From Azolla caroliniana (Eukaryota; Plantae; Polypodiophyta), in the NCBI GenBank assembly GCA_043228905.1, contig JBHGNT010000040.1:62001-126000 (forward strand): a stretch of 64,000 bases of DNA. Direction: 5' to 3'. The stretch's first letter is position 1. Every line of letters starts with the position of its first letter. Shown here one piece after another: positions 25,001-38,430 of this stretch. The position numbers and the translations under genes were made by a program. Under the pieces are notes generated by a model, which had not been told where the DNA came from, made no database searches, and saw nothing but the letters and a program-made list of their open reading frames with translations.

Positions 25001-28000
25001 CCATATCATAGCTAGTGTTGTTAGCTTCGATTCGCATCTTTGAACACTAAAATCCGATATCACACGAGCCAGGTATGACAACTTTAATTTACTCACCTGC
25101 TCTTCTCAACTCCCTCCTCAAATTTAGTAATTTCTTCATGTCTCTCGACCTGAGTTTCAAAATCTTGATTTTCTAATTTCATATCATAGCTAGTGTATTT
25201 AGCTTCGATTCGCATGATGGAACCCTAAAATCGGATATCACACGAGCCAGGTATGACAATTTTAATTTAGTCACGCTATCTTCTCAACTCCCTCGTGTGA
25301 TTTACTAATTTCTTCATGTCTCTTGACCTGAGTTTCAAAAACTGGATTTTCTAATTCCATATCATAGCTAGTGTTGTTAGCTTCGATTCGCATGTTTGAA
25401 CACAACAATCCCATATCACACGAGCCAGGTACGAACATTTTAATTTACTCACGCGCTCTTCTCAACTCCCTCCTCTAATTTGCTAATTTCTTCCTGTCTC
25501 TCGACCTGAGTTTCAAAATCTTGATTTTTTAATTCCATATCATAGCTAGTGTTGTTAGCTTCGATTCGCATGTTTGAACACAATAATCGGATATCACACG
25601 AGCCAGGTATGAACATTTTAATTTACTCACGTGCTCTTCTCAACTCCCTCCTCTAATTTACTAATTTATTCATGTCTCGTGACTTGAGTTTCAAAATCTT
25701 GATTTTCTAATTCTATATTACAGCTAGTGTTGTTAGCTTCGATTCGCATGTTTGAACACAACAATCCGATATTACACGAGCCAGGTATGACAATTTTAAT
25801 TTACTCACGCAATCTTCTCCACTCCCTCCTCAAATTTGGTAATTTCTTCATGTCTCTCGACCTGAGTTTCAAAATCTTGATTTTCTAATTCCATATCATA
25901 GCTAGTGTTGTTAGCTTCGATTCGCATGTTTGAACACAAAAATCGGATATCACACGAGCCAGGTATGACAATTTTAATTTAGTCACGCGATCTTCTCAAC
26001 TCCCTCCTCTAATTTACTAATTTCTTCATGTCTCTTGACCTGAGTTTCGAAATCTGGATTTTCTAATTCCATATCATAGCTAGTGTTGTTAGCTTCGATT
26101 CGCATGTTTGAACACAACAATCCCATATCACACGAGCCAGGTACGAACATTTTAATTTACTCACGCGCTCTTCTCAACTCCCTCCTCTAATTTGCTAATT
26201 TCTTCCTGTCTCTCGACCTGAGTTTCAAAATCTTGATTTTTTAATTCCATATCATAGCTAGTGTTGTTAGCTTCGATTCGCATGTTTCAACACAAAAATC
26301 GGATATCACACGAGCCAGGTATGAACATTTTAATTTACTCACGTGCTCTTCTCAACTCCCTCCTCTAATTTACTAATTTATTCATGTCTCGTGACTTGAG
26401 TTTCAAAATCTTGATTTTCTAATTCTATATTACAGCTAGTGTTGTTAGCTTCGATTCGCATGTTTGAACACAACAATCCGATATTACACGAGCCAGGTAT
26501 GACAATTTTAATTTACTCACGCAATCTTCTCCACTCCCTCCTCAAATTTGGTAATTTCTTCATGTCTCTCGACCTGAGTTTCAAAATCTTGATTTTCTAA
26601 TTCCATATCATAGCTAGTGTTGTTAGCTTCGATTCGCATGTTTGAACACAAAAATCGGATATCACACGAGCCAGGTATGACAATTTTAATTTAGTCACGC
26701 GATCTTCTCAACTCCCTCCTCTAATTTACTAATTTCTTCATGTCTCTTGACCTGAGTTTCGAAATCTGGATTTTCTAATTCCATATCATAGCTAGTGTTG
26801 TTAGCTTCGATTCGCATGTTTGAACACAAAAATCGGATATCACACGAGCCAGGTATGACAATTTTAATTTAGTCACGCGATCTTCTCAACTCCCTCCTCT
26901 AATTTACTAATTTCTTCATGTCTCTTGACCTGAGTTTCGAAATCTGGATTTTCTAATTCCATATCATAGCTAGTGTTGTTAGCTTCGATTCGCATGTTTG
27001 AACACAACAATCCCATATCACACGAGCCAGGTACGAACATTTTAATTTACTCACGCGCTCTTCTCAACTCCCTCCTCTAATTTGCTAATTTCTTCCTGTC
27101 TCTCGACCTGAGTTTCAAAATCTTGATTTTTTAATTCCATATCATAGCTAGTGTTGTTAGCTTCGATTCGCATGTTTCAACACAAAAATCGGATATCACA
27201 CGAGCCAGGTATGAACATTTTAATTTACTCACGTGCTCTTCTCAACTCCCTCCTCTAATTTACTAATTTATTCATGTCTCGTGACTTGAGTTTCAAAATC
27301 TTGATTTTCTAATTCTATATTACAGCTAGTGTTGTTAGCTTCGATTCGCATGTTTGAACACAACAATCCGATATTACACGAGCCAGGTATGACAATTTTA
27401 ATTTACTCACGCAATCTTCTCCACTCCCTCCTCAAATTTGGTAATTTCTTCATGTCTCTCGACCTGAGTTTCAAAATCTTGATTTTCTAATTCCATATCA
27501 TAGCTAGTGTTGTTAGCTTCGATTCGCATGTTTGAACACAAAAATCGGATATCACACGAGCCAGGTATGACAATTTTAATTTAGTCACGCGATCTTCTCA
27601 ACTCCCTCCTCTAATTTACTAATTTCTTCATGTCTCTTGACCTGAGTTTCGAAATCTGGATTTTCTAATTCCATATCATAGCTAGTGTTGTTAGCTTCGA
27701 TTCGCATGTTTGAACACAACAATCCCATATCACACGAGCCAGGTACGAACATTTTAATTTACTCACGCGCTCTTCTCAACTCCCTCCTCTAATTTGCTAA
27801 TTTCTTCCTGCCTCTCGACCTGAGTTTCAAAATCTTGATTTTTTAATTCCATATCATAGCTAGTGTTGTTAGCTTCGATTCGCATGTTTCAACACAAAAA
27901 TCGGATATCACACGAGCCAGGTAGGACAATTTTAATTTACTCACGAGATCTTCTCAACTCCCTCGTCTAATTTACTAATTTCTTCATGTCTATTGACCTG

Positions 28001-29100
28001 AGTTTCAAAATCTGGATTTTCTAATTCCATATCATAGCTAGTGTTGTTAGCTTCGATTCGCATCTTTGAACACTAAAATCCGATATCACACAAGCTAGGT
28101 ATGACAATTTTAATTTACTCACCTGCTCTTCTCAACTCCCTCCTCAATTTTGCTAATTTCTTCCTGTCTCTCGACCTGAGTTTCAAAATCTTAATTTTCT
28201 AATTCCATATCATAGCTAGTGTTATTAGCTTCGATTCGCATGATGGAACACTAAAATTGAATATCACACGAGCCAGGTATGACAATTTTAATTTACTCAC
28301 GCGCTCTTCTCAACTCCCTCCTCTAATTTGCTAATTTCTTCATGTCTCTCGACCTGTGTTTCAAAATCTTGATTTTCTAATTCCATATCATAGCTATTGT
28401 TGTTAGCTTCGATTCGCATGTTTGAACACTGAAATCCGATATCACTCGAGCCAGTTATGATAATTTTAATTTACTCACGCGCTCTTCTCAACTCCCTCCT
28501 CTAATTTACTAATTTCTTCATGTCTCTCGACCTGAGTTTCAAAATCTGGATTTTCTAATTCCATATCATAGCTAGTGTTATTAGCTTCGATTCGCATGAT
28601 TTGAACACTAAAATCCGATATCACACGAGCCAGTTATGAACATTTTAATTTACTCACGCGCTATTCTCAACTCCCTCCTCAAATTTGGTAATTTCTTCAT
28701 GTCTCTCGACCTGAGTTTTAAAATCTTGATTTTTTAATTCCATATCATAGCTAGTGTTATTAGCTGCGATTCGCATGATTGTAACACTAAAATCCGATAT
28801 CACACGAGCCAGTTATGAACATTTTAATTTACTCACGCGCTATTCTCAACTCCCTCCTCAAATTTGGTAATTTCTTCATGTCTCTCGACCTGAGTTTTAA
28901 AATCTTGATTTTTTAATTCCATATCATAGCTAGTGTTATTAGCTGCGATTCGCATGATTGTAACACTAAAATCCGATATCACACGAGCCAGTTATGAACA
29001 TTTTAATTTACTTACGCGCTATTCTCAACTCTCTCCTCTAATTTACTAATTTCTTCATGTCTCTCGACCTGAGTTTCAAAATCTTGATTTTTTAATTCCA
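22100..29100 (+). repeat. Large duplicated block, copy A (partner ~32500-38430)
   Basis: gtctgtcgac at 22111/32512 (offset 10401), plus gattcggaggatgg and ctcagatccc. Identical ORF calls at 24022 and 34423. The offset steps to 9511 and then 9332. Confidence 0.92.
25400..27830 (+). repeat. Local 4-mer higher-order repeat (712 bp), with one 5-mer unit
   Basis: gatattacacgag marker at 25771, 26483 (+712) and 27373 (+890). Confidence 0.85.
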
Positions 29101-29259
29101 TATCATAGCTAGTGTTATCAGCTTCGATTCGCATGATGGAACACTAAAATCGAATATCACACGAGCCAGGTATGACAATTTTAATTTACTCACGCAATCT
29201 TCTCCACTCCCTCCTCAAATTTGGTAATTTCTTCATGTCTCGTGACCTATGTTTCAAAA

Positions 29260-31142
29260 TCTCGATTTTTTAATTCCATATCATAGCTAGTGTTGTTAGC
29301 TTTGATTCGCATGGTTGAACACTAAAATCCGATATCACACGAGCCAGTTATGAACATTTTAATTTATTCACGCGCTCTTCTCAACTCCCTCCTCAAATTT
29401 GGTAATTTCTTCATGTCTCTCGACCTGAGTTTCAAAATCTTGATTTTCTAATTCCATATCATAGCTAGTGTTGTTAGCTTCGATTCGCATCTTTGAACAC
29501 AAAAATCGAATATCACACGAGCGAGGTACGAACATTTTAATTTACTCACGCGCTCTTCTCAACTCCCTCCTCTAATTTGCTAATTTCTTCATGTCTCTCG
29601 ACCTGAGTTTCAAAATCTTGATTTTTTAATTCCATATCATAGCTAGTGTTATCAGCTTCGATTCGCATGATGGAACACTAAAATCGAATATCACACGAGC
29701 CAGGTACGAACATTTTAATTTACTCACGCGCTCTTCTCAACTCCCTCCTCTAATTTGCTAATTTCTTCATGTCTCTCGACCTGAGTTTCAAAATCTTGAT
29801 ATTTTAATTCCATATCATAGCTAGTGTTTTTAGCTTCGATTCGCATGTTTGAACACTAAAATCCGATATCACACGAGCCAGGTATGACAACTTTAATTTA
29901 CTCACGCGCTCTTCTCAACTCCCTCCTCTAATTTACTAATTTCTTCATGTCTCTCGACCTGAGTTTCAAAATCTTCATTTTCTAATTCCATATCATAGCT
30001 AGTGTTGTTAGCTTCGATTCGCATCTTTGAACACTAAAATCCGATATCACACGAGCCAGGTAGGAACATTTTAATTTACTCATGCGCTCTTCTCAACTCC
30101 CTCCTCTAATTTGCTAATTTCTTCATGTCTCTCGACCTAAGTGTCGAAATCTTGATATTTTAATTCCATATCATAGCTAGTGTTTTTAGCTTCGATTCGC
30201 ATGTTTGAACACTAAAATCCGATATCACACGAGCCAGGTATGACAACTTTAATTTACTCACGCGCTCTTCTCAACTCCCTCCTCTAATTTACTAATTTCT
30301 TCATGTCTCTCGACCTGAGTTTCAAAATCTTGATTTTTTAATTCCATATCATAGCTAGTGTTGTTAGCTTTGATTCGCATGGTTAAACACTAAAATCCGA
30401 TATCACACGAGCCAGGTATGACAATTTTAATTTACTCACCTGCTCTTCTCAACTCCCTCCTCAAATTTGGTAATTTCTTTATGTCTCTCGACCTGAGTTT
30501 CAAATTTTGATTTTTTAATTCCATATCATAGCTAGTGTTGTTAGCTTCGATTCATATCTTTGAACACTAAAATCCGATATCACATGAGCCAGGTATGACA
30601 ACTTTAATTTACTCACGCGCTCTTCTCAACTCCCTCCTCAAATTTGGTAATTTCTTCATGTCTCTCGACCTGAGTTTCAAAATCTTGATTTTCTAATTCC
30701 ATATCTTAGCTAGTGTTGTTAGCATCGATTCGCATGATCGAACACTAAAATCGGATATCACACGAGCCAGGTATGAACATTTTAATTTACTCACCCGATT
30801 CGCATGGTTGAACACTAAAATCCGATATCACACGAGCCAGGTATGACAACTTTAATTTACTCACCCGCTCTTCTCAACTCCCTCCTCAAATTTACTAATT
30901 TCTTCATGTCTCTCGACCTGAGTTTCAAAATCTTGATTTTCTAATTCCATATCATAGCTAGTGTTGTTAGCTTCGATTCGCATCTTTGAACACTAAAATC
31001 CGATATCACACGAGCCAGGTATGACAATTTTAATTTACTCACGCGCTCCTCTCAACTCCCTCCTCAAATTTGCTAATTTCTTCATGTCTCTCGACCTGAG
31101 TTTCAAAATCTTGATTTTTTAATTCCATATCATAGCTAGTGT
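29260..31142 (+). repeat. Dispersed copy of ~8030-9915 (offset 21227)
   Basis: Shared private markers: aatctcgattt (8037/29264), taagtgtcgaaatc, tttcaaattttga, gattcatatcttt, and the truncated monomer tcacccgattcgc (9570/30797). Confidence 0.93.
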
Positions 31143-32499
31143 TATTAGCTGCGATTCGCATGATTTGAACACTAAAATCCGATATCACACGAGCTAGTTA
31201 TGAACATTTTAATTTACTCACGCGCTCTTCTCCACTCCCTCCTCAAATTTGGTAATTTCTTCATGTCTCTCGACCTGAGTTTCAAAATCTTGATTTTCTA
31301 ATTCCATATCATAGCTAGTGTTGTTAGCTTCGATTCGCATCTTTGAACACTAAAATCCGATATCACACGAGCCAGGTATGACAATTTTAATTTACTCACG
31401 CGCTCTTCTCAACTCCCTCCTCAAATTTAGTAATTTCTTCATGTCTCTCGACCTGAGTTTCAAAATCTTGATTTTCTAATTTCATATCATAGCTAGTGTT
31501 GTTAGCATCGATTCGCATGATGGGACACTAAAATCGGATATCACACGAGCCAGGTATGAACATTTTAATTTACTCACCCGCTCTTCTCAACTCCCTCCTC
31601 AAATTTACTAATTTGTTCATGTCTCTCGACCTGAGTTTCAAAATCTTGATTTTTTAATTCCATATCATAGTTAGTGTTCTTAGCTGCGATTCGCATGATT
31701 TGAACACTAAAATCCGATATCACACGAGCCAGGTAGGAACATTTGAATTTACTCACGCGCTCTTCTCAACTTCCTCCTCTAATTTGCTAATTTCTTCATG
31801 TCTCTCGACCTGAGTGTCAAAATCTTGATATTTTAATTCCATATCATAGCTAGTGTTGTTAGCTTCGATTCGCATGTTTGAACACAAAAATCGGATATCA
31901 CACGAGCCAGGTATGAACATTTTAATTTACTCACGTGCTCTTCTCAAGTCCCTCCTCTAATTTACTAATTTATTCATGTCTCGTGACTTGAGTTTCAAAA
32001 TCTTGATTTTCTAATTCTATATTACAGCTAGTGTTGTTAGCTTCGATTCGCATTTTTGAACACAACAATCCGATATCACACGAGCCAGGTATGACAATTT
32101 TAATTTACTCACGCAATCTTCTCCACTCCCTCCTCAAATTTGGTAATTTCTTCATGTCTCTCGACCTGTGTTTCAAAATCTTGATTTTCTAATTCCATAT
32201 CATAGCTAGTGTTGTTAGCTTCGATTCGCATGTTTCAACACAAAAATCGGATATCACACGAGCCAGGTATGACAATTTTAATTTAGTCACGCTATCTTCT
32301 CAACTCCCTCGTCTGATTTACTAATTTCTTCATGTCTCTTGACCTGAGTTTCAAAATCTGGATTTTCTAATTCCATATCATAGCTAGTGTTGTTAGCTTC
32401 GATTCGCATGTTTGAACACAACAATCCCATATCACACGAGCCATGTACGAACATTTTAATTTACTCACGCGCTCTTCTCAACTCCCTCCTCTAATTTGC

Positions 32500-35400
32500 T
32501 AATTTCTTCCTGTCTGTCGACCTGAGTTTCAAAATCTTGATTTTTTAATTCCATATCATAGCTAGTGTTGTTAGCTTCGATTTGCATGTTTGAACACTGA
32601 AATCCGATATCACTCGAGCCAGGTATGACAATTTTAATTTACTCACGTGCTCTTCTCAAGTCCCTCCTCTAATTTACTAATTTATTCATGTCTCGTGACT
32701 TGAGTTTCAAAATCTTGATTTCCTAATTCTATATTACAGCTAGTGTTGTTAGCTTTGATTCGCATGGTTGAACACTAAAATCCGATATCACACGAGCCAG
32801 TTATGAACATTTTAATTTACTCACGCGCTCTTCTCAACTCCCTCCTCAAATTTGGTAATTTCTTCATGTCTCTCGACCTGAGTTTCAAAATCTTGATTTT
32901 CTAATTCCATATCATAGCTAGTGTTGTTAGCTTCGATTCGCATCTTTGAACACAAAAATCGAATATCACATGAGCGAGGTACGAACATTTTAATTTACTC
33001 ACGCGCTCTTCGCAACTCCCTCCTCTAATTTGCTAATTTCTTCATGTCTCTCGACCTGAGTTTCAAAATCTTGATTTTCTAATTCCATATCATAGCTAGT
33101 GTTGTTAGCTTCGATTCGGAGGATGGAACACTAAAATCGGATATCACACGAGCCAGGTATGAACATTTTAATTTACTCACGCTCTCTTCTCAGATCCCTC
33201 CTCAAATTTTGTAATTTCTTCCTGTCTCTCGACCTGAGTTTCAAAATCTTAATTTTCTAATTCCATATCATAGCTAGTGTTGTTAGCTTCGATTCGCATG
33301 TTTCAACACAAAAATCGGATATCACACGAGCCAGGTATGACAATTTTAGTTTACTCACGCGATCTTCTCAACTCCCTCCTCTAATTTACTAATTTCTTCA
33401 TGTCTCTTGACCTGAGTCTCGAAATCTGGATTTTCTAATTCCATATCATAGCTAGTGTTGTTAGCTTCGATTCGCATGTTTGAACACAACAATCCCATAT
33501 CACACGAGCCAGGTACGAACATTTTAATTTACTCACGCGCTCTTCTCAACTCCCTCTTCTAATTTGCTAATTTCTTCCTGTCTCTCGACCTGAGTTTTAA
33601 AATCTTGATTTTTTAATTCCATATCATAGCTAGTGTTGTTAGCTTCGATTCGCATGTTTGAACACAAAAATCGGATATCACACGAGCCAGGTAGGACAAT
33701 TTTAATTTACTCACGCGATCTTCTCAACTCCCTCGTCTGATTTACTAATTTCTTCATGTCTATTGACCTGAGTTTCAAAATCTGGATTTTCTAATTCCAT
33801 ATCATAGCTAGTGTTGTTAGCTTCGATTCGCATCTTTGAACACTAAAATCCGATATCACACAAGCTAGGTATGACAATTTTAATTTACTCACCTGCTCTT
33901 CTCAACTCCCTCCTCAATTTTGCTAATTTCTTCCTGTCTCTCGACCTGAGTTTCAAAATCTTGATTTTTTAATTCCATATCATAGCTAGTGTTATTAGCT
34001 TCGATTCGCATGATGGAACACTAAAATTGAATATCACACGAGCCAGGTATGACAATTTTAATTTACTCACGCGGTCTTCTCAACTCCCTCCTCTAATTTG
34101 CTAATTTCTTCATGTCTCTCGACCTGTGTTTCAAAATCTTGATTTTTTAATTCCATATCATAGCTAGTGTTGTTAGCTTCGATTCGCATGTTTGAACACT
34201 GAAATCCGATATCACTCGAGCCAGGTATGACAATTTTAATTTACTCACGCGCTCTTCTCAACTCCCTCCTCTAATTTACTAATTTCTTCATGTCTCTTGA
34301 CCTGAGTTTCAAAATCTTGATTTTTTAATTCCATATCATAGCTAGTGTTATTAGCTTCGATTCGCATGATGGAACACTAAAATCGGATATCACACGAGCC
34401 AGTTATGAACATTTTAATTTACTCACGCGCTCTTCTCAACTCCCTCCTCTAATTTACTAATTTCTTCATGTCTCTCGACCTGAGTTTCAAAATCTGGATT
34501 TTCTAATTCCATATCATAGCTAGTGTTATTAACTTCGATTCGCATGATTTGAACACTAAAATCGGATATCACACGAGCCAGGTATGAGAATTTTAATTTA
34601 CTCACGCGATCTTCTCAACTCCCTCCTCTAATTTACTAATTTATTCATGTCTCGTGACCTATGTTTCAAAATCTTGATTTTCTAATTCTATATTACAGCT
34701 AGTGTTGTTAGCTTCGATTCGCATGTTTGAACACAACAATCCGATATCACACGAGCCAGGTATGACAATTTTAATTTACTCACGCAATCTTCTCCACTCC
34801 CTCCTCAAATTTGGTAATTTCTTCATGTCTCTCGACCTGAGTTTCAAAATCTTGATTTTCTAATTCCATCTCATAGCTAGTGTTGTTAGCTTCTATTCGC
34901 ATGTTTGAACACAAAAATCGGATATCACACGAGCCAGGTATGACAATTTTAATTTACTCACGCAATCTTCTCCACTCCCTCCGCAAATTTGGTAATTTCT
35001 TCATGTCTCTCGACCTGAAGTTTCAAAATCTTGATTTTTTAATTCCATATCATAGCTAGTGTTCTTAGCTGCGATTCGCATGATTTGAACACTAAAATCC
35101 GATATCAAACGAGCCAGGTAGGAACATTTGAATTTACTCACGCGCTCTTCTCAACTCCCTCCTCTAATTTGCTAATTTCTTCATGTCTCTCGACCTGAGT
35201 GTCAAAATCTTGATATTTTAATTCTATATCATAACTAGTGTTTTTAGCTTCGATTCGCATGTTTGAACACTAAAATCCGATATCACACGAGCCAGGTATG
35301 ACAACTTTAATTTACTCACGCGCTCTTCTCAACTCCCTCCTCTAATTTACTAATTTCTTCATGTCTCTCGACCTGAGTTTCAAAATCTTGATTTTCTAAT

Positions 35401-38400
35401 TCCATATCATAGCTAGTGTTGTTAGCTTCGATTCGCATCTTTGAACACTAAAATCCGATATCACACGAGCCAGGTATGACAACTTTAATTTACTCACCTG
35501 CTCTTCTCAACTCCCTCCTCAAATTTAGTAATTTCTTCATGTCTCTCGACCTGAGTTTCAAAATCTTGATTTTCTAATTTCATATCATAGCTAGTGTATT
35601 TAGCTTCGATTCGCATGATGGAACCCTAAAATCGGATATCACACGAGCCAGGTATGACAATTTTAATTTAGTCACGCTATCTTCTCAACTCCCTCGTGTG
35701 ATTTACTAATTTCTTCATGTCTCTTGACCTGAGTTTCAAAAACTGGATTTTCTAATTCCATATCATAGCTAGTGTTGTTAGCTTCGATTCGCATGTTTGA
35801 ACACAACAATCCCATATCACACGAGCCAGGTACGAACATTTTAATTTACTCACGCGCTCTTCTCAACTCCCTCCTCTAATTTGCTAATTTCTTCCTGTCT
35901 CTCGACCTGAGTTTCAAAATCTTGATTTTTTAATTCCATATCATAGCTAGTGTTGTTAGCTTCGATTCGCATGTTTGAACACAAAAATCGGATATCACAC
36001 GAGCCAGGTATGAACATTTTAATTTACTCACGTGCTCTTCTCAACTCCCTCCTCTAATTTACTAATTTATTCATGTCTCGTGACTTGAGTTTCAAAATCT
36101 TGATTTTCTAATTCTATATTACAGCTAGTGTTGTTAGCTTCGATTCGCATGTTTGAACACAACAATCCGATATTACACGAGCCAGGTATGACAATTTTAA
36201 TTTACTCACGCAATCTTCTCCACTCCCTCCTCAAATTTGGTAATTTCTTCATGTCTCTCGACCTGAGTTTCAAAATCTTGATTTTCTAATTCCATATCAT
36301 AGCTAGTGTTGTTAGCTTCGATTCGCATGTTTGAACACAAAAATCGGATATCACACGAGCCAGGTATGACAATTTTAATTTAGTCACGCGATCTTCTCAA
36401 CTCCCTCCTCTAATTTACTAATTTCTTCATGTCTCTTGACCTGAGTTTCGAAATCTGGATTTTCTAATTCCATATCATAGCTAGTGTTGTTAGCTTCGAT
36501 TCGCATGTTTGAACACAACAATCCCATATCACACGAGCCAGGTACGAACATTTTAATTTACTCACGCGCTCTTCTCAACTCCCTCCTCTAATTTGCTAAT
36601 TTCTTCCTGTCTCTCGACCTGAGTTTCAAAATCTTGATTTTTTAATTCCATATCATAGCTAGTGTTGTTAGCTTCGATTCGCATGTTTCAACACAAAAAT
36701 CGGATATCACACGAGCCAGGTATGAACATTTTAATTTACTCACGTGCTCTTCTCAACTCCCTCCTCTAATTTACTAATTTATTCATGTCTCGTGACTTGA
36801 GTTTCAAAATCTTGATTTTCTAATTCTATATTACAGCTAGTGTTGTTAGCTTCGATTCGCATGTTTGAACACAACAATCCGATATTACACGAGCCAGGTA
36901 TGACAATTTTAATTTACTCACGCAATCTTCTCCACTCCCTCCTCAAATTTGGTAATTTCTTCATGTCTCTCGACCTGAGTTTCAAAATCTTGATTTTCTA
37001 ATTCCATATCATAGCTAGTGTTGTTAGCTTCGATTCGCATGTTTGAACACAAAAATCGGATATCACACGAGCCAGGTATGACAATTTTAATTTAGTCACG
37101 CGATCTTCTCAACTCCCTCCTCTAATTTACTAATTTCTTCATGTCTCTTGACCTGAGTTTCGAAATCTGGATTTTCTAATTCCATATCATAGCTAGTGTT
37201 GTTAGCTTCGATTCGCATGTTTGAACACAACAATCCCATATCACACGAGCCAGGTACGAACATTTTAATTTACTCACGCGCTCTTCTCAACTCCCTCCTC
37301 TAATTTGCTAATTTCTTCCTGCCTCTCGACCTGAGTTTCAAAATCTTGATTTTTTAATTCCATATCATAGCTAGTGTTGTTAGCTTCGATTCGCATGTTT
37401 CAACACAAAAATCGGATATCACACGAGCCAGGTAGGACAATTTTAATTTACTCACGCGATCTTCTCAACTCCCTCGTCTAATTTACTAATTTCTTCATGT
37501 CTATTGACCTGAGTTTCAAAATCTGGATTTTCTAATTCCATATCATAGCTAGTGTTGTTAGCTTCGATTCGCATCTTTGAACACTAAAATCCGATATCAC
37601 ACAAGCTAGGTATGACAATTTTAATTTACTCACCTGCTCTTCTCAACTCCCTCCTCAATTTTGCTAATTTCTTCCTGTCTCTCGACCTGAGTTTCAAAAT
37701 CTTAATTTTCTAATTCCATATCATAGCTAGTGTTATTAGCTTCGATTCGCATGATGGAACACTAAAATTGAATATCACACGAGCCAGGTATGACAATTTT
37801 AATTTACTCACGCGGTCTTCTCAACTCCCTCCTCTAATTTGCTAATTTCTTCATGTCTCTCGACCTGTGTTTCAAAATCTTGATTTTCTAATTCCATATC
37901 ATAGCTATTGTTGTTAGCTTCGATTCGCATGTTTGAACACTGAAATCCGATATCACTCGAGCCAGTTATGATAATTTTAATTTACTCACGCGCTCTTCTC
38001 AACTCCCTCCTCTAATTTACTAATTTCTTCATGTCTCTCGACCTGAGTTTCAAAATCTGGATTTTCTAATTCCATATCATAGCTAGTGTTATTAGCTTCG
38101 ATTCGCATGATTTGAACACTAAAATCCGATATCACACGAGCCAGTTATGAACATTTTAATTTACTCACGCGCTATTCTCAACTCCCTCCTCAAATTTGGT
38201 AATTTCTTCATGTCTCTCGACCTGAGTTTTAAAATCTTGATTTTTTAATTCCATATCATAGCTAGTGTTATTAGCTGCGATTCGCATGATTGTAACACTA
38301 AAATCCGATATCACACGAGCCAGTTATGAACATTTTAATTTACTTACGCGCTATTCTCAACTCTCTCCTCTAATTTACTAATTTCTTCATGTCTCTCGAC

Positions 38401-38430
38401 CTGAGTTTCAAAATCTTGATTTTTTAATTC
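32500..38430 (+). repeat. Large duplicated block, copy B (partner ~22100-29100)
   Basis: Same ordered series of private variants as 22100-29100, but six monomers shorter. Confidence 0.92.
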
